DNA of 64,000 nt from Candidatus Bathyarchaeota archaeon (GCA_963807605.1 CAWECG010000003.1:64001-128000); one strand, 5' to 3'; counted from the stretch's first letter, positions 1 through 9,703 are shown. A program made the numbers and translations. The notes: generated by a model from the letters alone, not told the origin.

Positions 1-2
1 GC

Positions 3-716
3 GAGCAGGAATACTTACTGGCTCGTGAAATATCGGATCAACTTTCATTTCTATCCCTGATCATGCCGGAAAGAGTCAGAGAGGTATCACGAGAGTTCCA
101 CACCTCTCAGCTTGGGATTCTTGAAGGAAAGACCGACGAGACTAGCTCAATGTTACGAGGCATTATTGCTGGGAGATTAGCGATGATCGACGACAGTTAC
201 GCTAAAGATCTCGGATCAAAGTTTCACGACTACGAGAAGATTGAACCGGACATGAAGGCCGCTGTCGTAACAGCATACGCACGGGCGTACGGAGATCTTG
301 AAGGTCTCGTGAAAAAATACAGAGTCTGCACGTCAGACGAGGAAAGAGATAGATTGCGCGCCGCGATGGTCAGCCTCAAGGAGCCGACGTCGGTCGCCAT
401 TTCACTGGGATTAGCCTGGATTGAAGTAAAGACGCAAGACTCCGCTTCAATGATTCTGGCAGCTGCAACAAACCCAGATGCGAGAGACGTTACCTGGGAA
501 TGGATAAAGGTCAACATTGAAAGGCTGAGGAAAATTCATGAGGGCACCCGCACACTCTCACGGATTTTGCTCTCCGCCATCCCCATTCTCGGAATTGGCA
601 AAGTAGAGGAAGTTGAGAGATTCTTTAAGGAGAATGAAATGCCAGAAGCCACGAAGGGGATTGAGGCGGGACTCGAGAGACTCAGGATTTATGACAGATT
701 TGTGAAGAATGTCTGA
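3..716 (+). CDS. M1 family aminopeptidase (tricorn interacting factor F2/F3-like), C-terminal ERAP1-like domain; 5' partial
   Basis: Frame is open from the window start (EQEYLLAREISDQLS...); helical C-terminal domain with NPDARDVTWEWIKVNIERL and GIEAGLERL, typical of archaeal M1 peptidases. Confidence 0.75.
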   Translation, partial: EQEYLLAREISDQLSFLSLIMPERVREVSREFHTSQLGILEGKTDETSSMLRGIIAGRLAMIDDSYAKDLGSKFHDYEKIEPDMKAAVVTAYARAYGDLEGLVKKYRVCTSDEERDRLRAAMVSLKEPTSVAISLGLAWIEVKTQDSASMILAAATNPDARDVTWEWIKVNIERLRKIHEGTRTLSRILLSAIPILGIGKVEEVERFFKENEMPEATKGIEAGLERLRIYDRFVKNV

Positions 717-800
717 ACCATTATAGCCTACGGTATGTTCCAACGTGTTCCAGTACTAAGCACGTCGCTTAGCCGCATCAACTATACGTGCACGTGTCGA

Positions 801-2033
801 TCAGAAGAATTCGAAGCCTTTGTTTCGTTGTAACGTTTTCCTACCAAGGGAAAGGTTTCTAACACCAATGATCTTGGTATTGTAGAAGAAGTGATAGTTG
901 AACCCCGTCCTCTCTCCTCCTTTCTTCTCGGGGATCGGAACCAGCCGGGATATCAAAGGCTTATCCAGTAACAAGGCCAGCGAAGACATGTCCAGCATTA
1001 TGGAGGCCATCTCCTTCTCAGAGATATTCCCGGGCAAGGGGATCATATCGGGTCCGCACCCGCATACCGCGGAGTATAGAAGCATACTCTCCATACTAAG
1101 CAGCCCCCTATCATTGCTCTCAGCCAAAAATCTATCCTCTAAGACAGGGTACATCACACCCGTAAAGCCTACCGTGCGGATGGCCAAGCTCTCCTCCAAC
1201 TGCCTCAACATATTGGTCAAGTAGGCTGTCAGGAAGAGCGTTCCATTCGCTCCGAACCTTTCGACACCGAGCTTCTGAATCGCCCTTCCGATAGACTGAG
1301 CATTATCAGGGTAGGGGGCTAATGATAAGTCAAGACCATAGTATCTCATGCCAGTCGCAGCTTCTATCTTCCTTGCACTCTCGTCAATGCTTTCGAATTC
1401 AGATGAAAGCGCGCTCATGATCTTCTTCCTAATTTCAGAAAGATCTCTCTCTCCACGGGCATATTCCAGTATCAGGTCGATAGTCTCCATACCCAGTGAG
1501 AATCCATCCTCGCCGCGGTGCCACGAGTAAGGAAAGAATGCTCCATTCGGCTTTGCATTAGCACTCACACAAAACCTAAAGTTGTCAAAACCGTTACTGC
1601 TAATCCTTGAAATCCTCTTGACCTGCTTGGCACACTCATTAATAGCATCGAAACTCAAACATTTGCCCTGAGTCACGATAACGTTCGAGAAAGATATCTC
1701 TGAGTTTCTCATAATATGAGGAACCGTTCTGATGAACTGGAGATCCCTCCGGCTCTGACATTCCCCCACCGGTAGGCAGAACCAGTCTATTCCCTCCCTC
1801 TTGCAGAGTCTATCGATCTCCTTGACGAGGGGACCAACGCCCTTAGGCTGTAAACCGTTAACCTCAATCAGGGGCTGAGAGCAGAAGCGAGTCGTTCTGA
1901 CGCGGGGGTACTTGCTCTTAAAAGTTCTCCGCACTTCCGAGATGAGTCTGGAAGCTTCGTTGACGATCTTCCCGTTTTTCTCAAGCTCGATGTTGAAACC
2001 CGCATTTATAGATCTTATATTCATGGTGAGCAA
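801..2033 (-). CDS. DUF711 / UPF0210 (PFL-like) family protein
   Basis: NFRFCVSANAKPNGAFFPYSWH, GLDLSLAP, GFTGVMYPVLED, YSAVCGCGPDMIPLPG motifs. Confidence 0.85.
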   Translation of the reverse strand: MLTMNIRSINAGFNIELEKNGKIVNEASRLISEVRRTFKSKYPRVRTTRFCSQPLIEVNGLQPKGVGPLVKEIDRLCKREGIDWFCLPVGECQSRRDLQFIRTVPHIMRNSEISFSNVIVTQGKCLSFDAINECAKQVKRISRISSNGFDNFRFCVSANAKPNGAFFPYSWHRGEDGFSLGMETIDLILEYARGERDLSEIRKKIMSALSSEFESIDESARKIEAATGMRYYGLDLSLAPYPDNAQSIGRAIQKLGVERFGANGTLFLTAYLTNMLRQLEESLAIRTVGFTGVMYPVLEDRFLAESNDRGLLSMESMLLYSAVCGCGPDMIPLPGNISEKEMASIMLDMSSLALLLDKPLISRLVPIPEKKGGERTGFNYHFFYNTKIIGVRNLSLGRKTLQRNKGFEFF

Positions 2034-2069
2034 GGTCTCCCAAGAATGCTAAAAAAGTTAGGGCCAAGC

Positions 2070-2091
2070 GCACGCGCCAAGCAGCGCGTGC
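2070..2091 (-). terminator. Possible terminator hairpin downstream of 2168..2578
   Basis: Perfect 8-bp stem GCACGCGC/GCGCGTGC with a 6-nt loop, followed on the minus strand by a T6 run. Confidence 0.35.
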
Positions 2092-2167
2092 AACCAACCT
2101 AACAGGTAATCCGATCGGGAATTCAACATTATATCCCCAAACGACTTCGAAGGGCTGAAGACCTGCG

Positions 2168-2578
2168 TCAGGCTTCTTTCAATTTCTCAGATATGGTCTT
2201 GAATTTGCCATGTTCCAGAATCTTGATCTTAACGTCAAATCTCAGTTTGAGCCCTATCATTCTCATGATCTGAAGGAGTTGGCCTTCATCGACATGCTCG
2301 GTTACCTCCCCGCTCAGCACTAAACGCGCGAGATTCGGCTCAAGTCTCTCCATGACTTGCGGATACTGTTTCCATGCTGCATCCCAGACCTCGAAGGCCC
2401 GACCGACAAATATCTTCTTAAGGACGTCTCTGGGCTGGGTCTTCTCTTTCGGTGGGGTCTCTTCCCCGGCTTTCCTCTTCTCTTCCTCGGCCTTCTTGAC
2501 CAAGAGACGCTTCTGCATCTCAAGCAATTTACGTCGCTTCCAGAGGTCAAGATCAGCGTCGTCAGACAAGGGATTCAC
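2168..2578 (-). CDS. PDCD5-like / dsDNA-binding domain protein (divergent paralog)
   Basis: N-terminal DDADLDLWKRRKLLEMQKR and LARLVLSGEVTEHVDEGQLLQIMR resemble the PDCD5 family. Confidence 0.55.
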   Translation of the reverse strand: MNPLSDDADLDLWKRRKLLEMQKRLLVKKAEEEKRKAGEETPPKEKTQPRDVLKKIFVGRAFEVWDAAWKQYPQVMERLEPNLARLVLSGEVTEHVDEGQLLQIMRMIGLKLRFDVKIKILEHGKFKTISEKLKEA

Positions 2579-2898
2579 CGGCTGAGCGCGAATTCGCGTG
2601 AATGTCTTCTCTACTCACATATAGCGATAATGTGGTGCAAGAGTCTCTCAAAATCGGCAGTGTTACATCTGGAACGAGTGCTAGGTTTCTGGTATCAGGC
2701 AGTAGCAGTTCTTGTAGGATACTAGACGTAGAGGTTGCAGGCAGTGCACTCTCGACCCGTACCAATGGAAATTGAAGGCTTTCAGCGATCATGGAGTAAA
2801 CCTTGTCAAATGTAATGATAGAGACCTCTTTAGAGTTATTGATTATTTCAACGGTTAAGTGCTCCCTATGAGGCCGAAACGCGCGCGCGTTGATTCTC

Positions 2899-3597
2899 TC
2901 ACCTCAAAGATTCGGCAGATGCGTCGAGACCTGTCACCTGTTGATAAGCGAAAATGAACCAGGAGGTTACAGTCCATGCCTCCAGCCCTGTGGAGTAGAT
3001 CTTGGCAGCTTCATCAATAAGCCTCATCGTCTCTTCAGAGAAGTGTCCTCTCGGAAATCCTCCTATGATGACGGTCGGCCTCTCCTGCTTTGCTAGGAAC
3101 GTGGCTAGGCTTTGTATTCTTCTATCCTTTCCTTGGAGAGTCAATCCAGCGGTGTATGTTGGTGCAATCGTCTTCAACAGTTGGATTAGGTTCATCGATC
3201 GAATCTCAAGAAGCGGTTGGCCACTTGGGGGTACTCGACCGGACTCATAGAGCTGTTCAATTAATCCCTTGAATCGCTCACTGTTTCGGGGTATTCTCAC
3301 CTCAGGTGATACTGTGATGACGCGATTTTCGAGGGTGTGTACGTAGACTCTCAATCGTCCTGCTAGGTTTAGGGGGGAGCCTAGAGAAGTTAACAAGGCG
3401 ATGTGCACTATGTCCGGTCTGCCTCTTCTCTGGGCGTTCGGGATCCTCGCCATGGCTCTATGATGGTAAGATCTGTCCAAGAGAAGCTGTTCCGGTCTCT
3501 TACCTCTTCTCCTCGCGTCCCAAATTATTTGGGGATGGTGGACCAATTCTATTGGAACCAGTTCAAGCGCAGATTCCGCAAGTACAATCGTAAGCAA
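2899..3597 (-). CDS. nep1: 16S rRNA pseudouridine N1-methyltransferase Nep1/Emg1
   Basis: LAESALELVP, LLDRSYHH, RRGRPDIVH, RIPRNSERFKGL, IGGFPRGHF motifs. Confidence 0.95.
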   Translation of the reverse strand: MLTIVLAESALELVPIELVHHPQIIWDARRRGKRPEQLLLDRSYHHRAMARIPNAQRRGRPDIVHIALLTSLGSPLNLAGRLRVYVHTLENRVITVSPEVRIPRNSERFKGLIEQLYESGRVPPSGQPLLEIRSMNLIQLLKTIAPTYTAGLTLQGKDRRIQSLATFLAKQERPTVIIGGFPRGHFSEETMRLIDEAAKIYSTGLEAWTVTSWFIFAYQQVTGLDASAESLR

Positions 3598-4235
3598 CAG
3601 TAGCCCCTCGAAAGTCTAGCCCCGAGTAATATGGAGTAGCATTTTGGTCAAGTATTAGGCTTGTCAATTGTTGTTTCCCAGAGAACTAACTTGGATGTCG
3701 AAAAGGATTCTCACGTTTGCGCGCGTGTAACCGCTATTTTCAAGGTTCTCGATCGAGGGCGTGAATATGCGCTCGGAGGAGAGTGCGTATGAGCGCTTCT
3801 TCACTAAGGCCTTTGCTCTTGATGATTTACTAGTGGAAGCCAAGCACCTTAAGGGCGCGCTTTGTCATCGACGCTCTCATTATCTTGCGATTACTCTTCT
3901 TCACCCTGTATGCGGCACTCACATGGACGTGGAAGGCAACTATGAACGTAGAAAATACGTGGGTGCCTGCTTTTTATCGCGGAAGAAGCAGTAGCCGTCT
4001 TTGATGTTTGCTCTTCGCCTGACACATAATTCGTCTTCGAATTGACAGTTAGCGCAGGCTATTTTTTCTGACTTTATCAGAGTCTCTTCGCATCCTGAAC
4101 AATAAGATACTCAGCGTGCGGTATAGGTGTATGGGTGTCTTACAGATCGGCTGAAAGGCGCGCGGCGCATATCAGATTAACTGTATACGGTCAGCATGAG
4201 AATTAGCGAAAAATGAATAGCTTGCCAGTAAAGAT

Positions 4236-4610
4236 ATGAAGAAGAACCCCATGAGACAGAACAGTATCTATAGGGAGCTTGCCAGAGAAAGGATCGAGAA
4301 GCTCTTTGCCTTAGCTAGTGAATGCTTTGGAAGAAAGCCTCAGCTCGCCAACCGCTATGTCGACCTTGCAAGGAGTGTTGGGATGAAGTGTCGAGTCAGG
4401 ATACCGCCTCATCTGAAGATGCGTTTCTGCAAGCAATGTGGATCGTTCCTGGTCTCAGGGGTAAATTCAAGGGTCAGGATTAGACCTGATGGAAAAGGAA
4501 GAGTTGTGATTACATGTCTGAAGTGCGGGATGATAAAGCGCTATCCGATGAAGAGGGAGAAGCTAAAGAGAAGAAGAGACGTCATAGGCTCAGCCGAAGG
4601 TCCGCGGTAA
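4236..4610 (+). CDS. rnp4: Ribonuclease P protein component 4 (Rpp21)
   Basis: LARERIEKLF, RYVDLA, FCKQCGSFLVSG...RVRI...ITCLKCG zinc ribbon. Confidence 0.93.
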   Translation: MKKNPMRQNSIYRELARERIEKLFALASECFGRKPQLANRYVDLARSVGMKCRVRIPPHLKMRFCKQCGSFLVSGVNSRVRIRPDGKGRVVITCLKCGMIKRYPMKREKLKRRRDVIGSAEGPR

Positions 4611-4906
4611 TCAAGCCCAAGGTCTGGATCGGTAAGACGGGGGTATCAACAGCTCTCGTTGGTCAGTTGAATAGACAACTCAAATTTGATAAGCTGGTAA
4701 AGGTGAAGGTCCAGAAGAGTATCTCAGGAACTCAAGAGATGGAAAGGATCTCGAGGGAAGTCGCCTTCGCCACCGATTCATCATTAGTTGATGTTAGGGG
4801 CAGGACCTTTACATTATGGTTAAATGATAGAAGGTCGAGGAAGGTCGATAGGCAGCCTGTGCCGGGGAAGAAAAGACGAAGAAGAATGGATCATGTGTTG
4901 AGATAA
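4514..4906 (+). CDS. yhbY: YhbY-family CRM-domain RNA-binding protein (start uncertain)
   Basis: KPKVWIGKTGVS...LVKVKV...VDVRGRTFTL; usual position after rnp4. Confidence 0.85.
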   Translation: MSEVRDDKALSDEEGEAKEKKRRHRLSRRSAVIKPKVWIGKTGVSTALVGQLNRQLKFDKLVKVKVQKSISGTQEMERISREVAFATDSSLVDVRGRTFTLWLNDRRSRKVDRQPVPGKKRRRRMDHVLR

Positions 4907-4936
4907 TCTCATTGAACTAGGCTTAGCTGCCACTGC

Positions 4937-5458
4937 TTAATGGGAATCATTCAATGCATTTTTTGTATTGCTGAGGAAGCGCGCGAGCGCGCTTGGTGTT
5001 TCTTTAGGGCTTGCCCTAAAGTAGTAGTTGGTTCTCTTCTTTATCTTGCCACACTTTGTCATGCGGCCCAAAACTGCTTCCAGCCATGTTTTTGAGTAGT
5101 TGGTGGCTTTCAGGAGATTAGCCATGTTTGCTCTACCGTCTGGTTGAGCGTCTATTGCATCGAAGACTATCTTACATTGTTGTTCGATGACTTTTTGACA
5201 TTCGTCGGGCGTCGGGATCACGTAGTACTCACCTTTCTTCGCGATCTTGCCAATCGTTATTCCGAATTGCAGGACGGCTTTTGGATACTGACTGGGCTTG
5301 AATCCTGCAGCTTTCATTAGTTCTTCAAATCTCAAGTGTCCCTTTGGTGTTTTGGATATAGCTTCAGTCATATCGGTGAGGATGCTTTCGAATAACTGAG
5401 CAAGAGACGTTCTCTTGATGTTTCTTGCTTTCTGTAGAGTATCCTCGAATTTTTTCAT
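4937..5458 (-). CDS. Hypothetical protein, probably tandem winged-helix DNA-binding domains
   Basis: Two similar halves ending in GKIAKKGEYY and GKIKKRTNYY. Confidence 0.5.
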   Translation of the reverse strand: MKKFEDTLQKARNIKRTSLAQLFESILTDMTEAISKTPKGHLRFEELMKAAGFKPSQYPKAVLQFGITIGKIAKKGEYYVIPTPDECQKVIEQQCKIVFDAIDAQPDGRANMANLLKATNYSKTWLEAVLGRMTKCGKIKKRTNYYFRASPKETPSALARFLSNTKNALNDSH

Positions 5459-5479
5459 TCTGTCAGGGTTGATTGCTTA

Positions 5480-5491
5480 CGCGCGCGCGCG
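5480..5491. repeat. TA-(CG)6 palindromic tract at the helicase truncation
   Basis: ttaCGCGCGCGCGCGatc; member of the dispersed (CG)n family also at 2880, 7915, 10157, 11024, 12355, 12690, 16991, 22673 and shorter copies. Confidence 0.95.
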
Positions 5492-7336
5492 ATCCGACGA
5501 ACTCGTGACTACATCAAGCGCAACTACCCAGACGCTACTGTGAACGGGAAGAAGGTAATCTTCCCCGAACGACGCTTGGAAAACACGAGCTACAAGCTCG
5601 GTTCAACATACAAAGGCATGTACAAGACAATATCCCACGCTTTGACTGAAGAGCTGACCATGGCGTACTACCGCCTCCTCGAATACAAGAAGGCCGAGAA
5701 GCTCAGCATGGAGGAGCAACTGGCGCTCGGACGGATGATTGCCCTTGAAGGCATATTCAGGACTATCATGCTCAAGAGGCTTGAAAGCAGCGTCGAAGCA
5801 TTCAGGAAGAGCGTTTCGAAGCACATCGATTTTCTGCACGCATTGGAGGAACATTTGAAGCAAGGCAAGCTCCTCACAAAAGAAGCATTCAATCGGTACC
5901 TGATGAGCGTCGACGAAGAACTGGAGGAGTATATCGAGACACTCTCCGATTTCAATCCTGACGAATACAACCTTGACAAACTGTTCAACGACATCAACAA
6001 GGATCTCGCCGTTTTCACAGGAATCTTGTCCAAGGTCAAAGTCATCAGGCCGGAAGATGACGCCAAGCTGTTGGAGTTCAAAAGGAGGCTACACGAACTG
6101 GCCGCCAAGGGACAAGTAATCGTTTTCACATATTACGCTGATACGCTGGATTACATTCATGAACAAGTTTCAAAATCAGTTGATTTTGCTAATCTCAAAA
6201 TAGAGAAAATCTCCGGCGCAACCCCGCCGTCCAAACGGGAAGCTCTCGTTAATGATTTCCTCGCTAAGAAAATTGACGTTCTCATGAGCACTGATGTCCT
6301 CTCGGAAGGAATGAATCTGCAGTCTGCGCAGTTCGTCATTAATTACGACCTCCATTGGAATCCAACTCGTATGATTCAGAGAGCGGGAAGGATAGACAGA
6401 ATCGGATCGCCTTACAAGCAGATTTTCGTATACAACTTCTTTCCGGAAGACGAGCTCGAAGAACTTCTAAGGTTGGTGCAGATACTCCAAAACAAGATTA
6501 TCGATATCGATGAGTCCGTGGGCCTTGACCAGACCATCTTAGGAGAGACAATCCACCCCAAAGTCTTCGGCGTAATCAGGCGCATTTTGAAAAAAGATGC
6601 TACCATCCTCGAAGAACTGGAGACCAGCGCCTTCGGAGGCGGAGAAAAATTCTACCAGCCGCTGAAGGATTTCCAAAAACAACGGGTGATAGAGGAGCTG
6701 GATCAGATACCTTTCGGCATACACAGCGGACTTCAGAGCCAGAAATTACGTGCGATATTCTTCTATTACAAGTACGGACAAGATTCCCATTTCTGGTGCC
6801 TTGTCGACCCAGGGTCTGGAACCATCATCAGTCGGAACAAGAGCGAAATCGTTGATTATCTGGCTTGTCCGACCAATGAGCCTAGGGTCATACCCGACTT
6901 CTTCGAGGCCGTGTATGAAGCGAACAAGAAAGCTCTGGAAGACATACAGACTACTTACAAGAAAATGGAGCAGGTGCAGGGAGTAGATACGACTCTCGTG
7001 GATTACAGCAAGGAACAGAGCACGAAGTTCGTCAAGGACCTATTGAGAGAAATCGAACTTCAGCTTGAGGAATATCTTGATGAGTTTCCAGCAGAGAAGA
7101 ATCTTGAATCGAGATGGGAAGTAATAAGAACGAAGATGCTCGGCATCCCTCTTACCAAAAGGCGATTGCGTGACATCAGACGCATCTGGAGACATTATAA
7201 GAACGCGAAAGATTGGAAGAAGCTGATAGACGAACTCGATCAATTCTTGGCACAGAAGGGTCTACAACAAAGAGAGCCGATTGAGCCGTTCGACGCCGAA
7301 AGATTGAAGCTGGTAGCGATCGACTTCATATCCTGA
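5492..7336 (+). pseudogene. SNF2-like SF2 helicase, C-terminal half only (N-terminal ATPase lobe missing)
   Basis: Frame begins IRRTRDYIKRNYP right after the CG tract; motifs IV-VI present (IVFTYYADT, STDVLSEGMNLQ, NYDLHWNPTRMIQRAGRIDRIG); no Walker A or DExx. Confidence 0.85.
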
Positions 7337-7349
7337 TACACATCTGGCG

Positions 7350-7838
7350 ATGAGAGTCCTCTTGAGCGAAAAAGTTGCGTCCGAAACAGTGGGAATCATT
7401 TTCCCACTTTTGCCAAAACACGCAGAACGATTCCTCAATGAGGGCAAAACTGTATTCGTGAAATTCTTCGGAAAAGAAAGGATTACTCTGAGGCTTCGGC
7501 CAGGAAGTAAACTCTTCCTATACGAGTCCCAACGCAACAAGGAAATTGTCGGTGAGGCAAGGATCATTCGACTCGAATCGGTACGAGCTTCTGATGCGGT
7601 TTCGATGTACGGTGCGAGACTCTTTCTCACGCAATTAGAATTTGAGGAATATGTGGGAAACAGAAGAGACAAGACGATGCTTGCACTTGTCCTAGGGGAT
7701 GTAAGGAGATATGCAGTTCCCCTCAGCCTCGACAAGTCTGTGACAATGGCTGGGCGCTACATGACACGAGAAATGCACCAACAGATTCTGCGTCAACCGA
7801 GAAATTCATTCACGATAAAGGCCAAATCACGAGTCTAA
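7350..7838 (+). CDS. DUF365 / PUA-like (ASCH/EVE-related) protein
   Basis: FPLLPKHAERFLNEGKTVFVK, LRPGSKLFLYES...IVGEARI, LFLTQLEFEEY, TMAGRYMT. Confidence 0.7.
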   Translation: MRVLLSEKVASETVGIIFPLLPKHAERFLNEGKTVFVKFFGKERITLRLRPGSKLFLYESQRNKEIVGEARIIRLESVRASDAVSMYGARLFLTQLEFEEYVGNRRDKTMLALVLGDVRRYAVPLSLDKSVTMAGRYMTREMHQQILRQPRNSFTIKAKSRV

Positions 7839-7976
7839 CTCTTCTTTCCTTTGGGTATTGTGTTTCTGTTCCGTCTCGTCGAACGTACAAGCCGAATCGT
7901 CTTTGACATGTATACGCGCGCGCGTTCTCTAGCGCTTCTGCTCGCTGGGGCGTCTACTCTTGATTGACCTTTTCCG

Positions 7977-8252
7977 CTAGCGTTCCTTCAGTTTGCGCTC
8001 AAGATTCTCAAGCCTTTTGGTGGCCTGCTCAAACTGTAGCAAAGTCAAGTCTACTGTCAGGATCATGATGCAGGTTTCTGCAGTGATTGTTGGCCTAAAC
8101 ACATTCATCCAAACCAGTGCTATAACTTCGAGGTTAAGGGAGGAAGTCATGCCAAAAAGACGAAGGTGGAAACCAAAGCGACTGTGGATCCTGCCGAGGT
8201 AGAAGACCCGCACATTGAGACAGAATAGATCTGCTAATGTGAGCGCACCCAT
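7977..8252 (-). CDS. Small chimeric ORF ending in an integrase-like coiled-coil tail
   Basis: C-terminus QFEQATKRLENLERKLKER matches the C-terminus of the recombinase at 21827 (KFEEATRRLEDLERKLTEK). Confidence 0.4.
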   Translation of the reverse strand: MGALTLADLFCLNVRVFYLGRIHSRFGFHLRLFGMTSSLNLEVIALVWMNVFRPTITAETCIMILTVDLTLLQFEQATKRLENLERKLKER

Positions 8253-9127
8253 TCCTCATATTTCCAGCGAGACTCGGCGAGGCTGGTCATCGGGGCCACG
8301 CTCCCACTGTTCAGCCCGCCTTTTTTTACGCGCTCGAAGAGTTTCATCGCCTTTTCAGGCTCAGCGTGACCGTGAATAAGCAAGGCCGGATTAGCTCTAT
8401 CAATTATGCCGCTGACAGTTTGAGCTTCAAGGTCCTTCCTGTTGCCGATATAGCTGCAGATCAATCCGGATGTAGCATTCAGACTATTAGGAACCGACAG
8501 GACCCGCATTGGATCCACACTCAGAATAAAATGGCTCCTGTCATAGACGAAGGTTTCCAAGGCTAGGATCTTGCTAAACCTGAATCGGGCAACCTCATGT
8601 GACTTTATTGGATTCCTAGCATCATAATGAGTAAAGTCTCTAATGTCAAAGTCTAAAGCATAGACGTGAAAACCACGCCGACCACTGAAGACAATCGCGA
8701 TCTTGGAATAGTAGTTTTCAATCTTCTCGCAGAGCTGAACCGTCATCTTCCGGCTGAGCTCAACACACTTACGGCAGACACCTTTGACGATTAGACAGTT
8801 ATGGAAATTCTGCCATCTCTGAATGACGTATGCGTCAATATCCACGGCATAGCTTCCACCAATTGGAACTGCATGTCGTGCCTTGTTTTTTCTGCCAACT
8901 CTCTCGGGGAAGAGCCAGTCAAGCACGGAAAAGTAGACATGGGAGGGAGCATATTTGACACAGTATTCTTTGAGTTCTCGCTGATTGATTCGGTTTTGAA
9001 ACTTGTTCAGCTTCACAAACTTGTGGTTTAAGATTTCAAGCCGGAAATGCTTCCTTGAATAGTTCCAGGGGAGTTTGCCCTCCAGAGGTGCAGCTTGATA
9101 GTAGGATTGGATCTCGTGGGGTCGCAT
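8234..9127 (-). CDS. Archaeo-eukaryotic primase, PriS-like catalytic subunit (element-borne)
   Basis: HVYFSV, YAVDIDA (DxD), Cys/His cluster HNC...VCRKC, IVFSGRRGFHVY, VDPMRVLSVPNSLN. Confidence 0.88.
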   Translation of the reverse strand: MRPHEIQSYYQAAPLEGKLPWNYSRKHFRLEILNHKFVKLNKFQNRINQRELKEYCVKYAPSHVYFSVLDWLFPERVGRKNKARHAVPIGGSYAVDIDAYVIQRWQNFHNCLIVKGVCRKCVELSRKMTVQLCEKIENYYSKIAIVFSGRRGFHVYALDFDIRDFTHYDARNPIKSHEVARFRFSKILALETFVYDRSHFILSVDPMRVLSVPNSLNATSGLICSYIGNRKDLEAQTVSGIIDRANPALLIHGHAEPEKAMKLFERVKKGGLNSGSVAPMTSLAESRWKYEEWVRSH

Positions 9128-9400
9128 TCCAGCTCAGACCATCAGGATCCTTCATAGGATGTGAAGCTGAGAGGAGCCTGAATGTTAAGAGAGAGTGTAA
9201 TAAAATTACAGAACTGCAGATTAGGCTTTAGGCTACAGATTCTCTCTAATCCATTTCTTCATACCCTCACTACGCGCGCCAAGGTAGAAGACGACTAACT
9301 AAGAGGTTCTGTTACTTCTGTGGGACATAGTTCTGACTGTTAACTGTCTGGACATGATATTTCCAACAGTGTTAAGAGTGCAAGGAGGTGACGGTACTGG

Positions 9401-9703
9401 ATGAGAAGAAGAGATTTGGTCGAGGAACAAATAGAAGCTGAAGTTCTTGAGGCGAAAAATGTCGGTTCAAATGTGGTCATGTTCACCTTAAGTGATGAAA
9501 CACGAATCAAAGCTACTGTTACAATTGCAACCGTACTCCGCTCGAAAGAACTTAATCCTGATGGAAGTCACAAGTATCATGCTAATGTGAATGTGAATTT
9601 GGAGTTTGTACAACCTGCTGGCAAGATTGTCAAAGTACCTCGCTCTATCTTTGGCCCACCTCAGCCTTCAGTGAAACCAAGTGATACTAGACTAGTGACA
9701 TGA
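9401..9703 (+). CDS. Hypothetical protein
   Basis: Strong GGAGGTGA Shine-Dalgarno upstream, 100 aa with plausible composition. Confidence 0.65.
   Translation: MRRRDLVEEQIEAEVLEAKNVGSNVVMFTLSDETRIKATVTIATVLRSKELNPDGSHKYHANVNVNLEFVQPAGKIVKVPRSIFGPPQPSVKPSDTRLVT

Noticed and set aside
3600-4230. RNase P RNA or other ncRNA beside rnp4
   Set aside because: No GAGGAAAGUCC-type or tRNA/SRP signatures found
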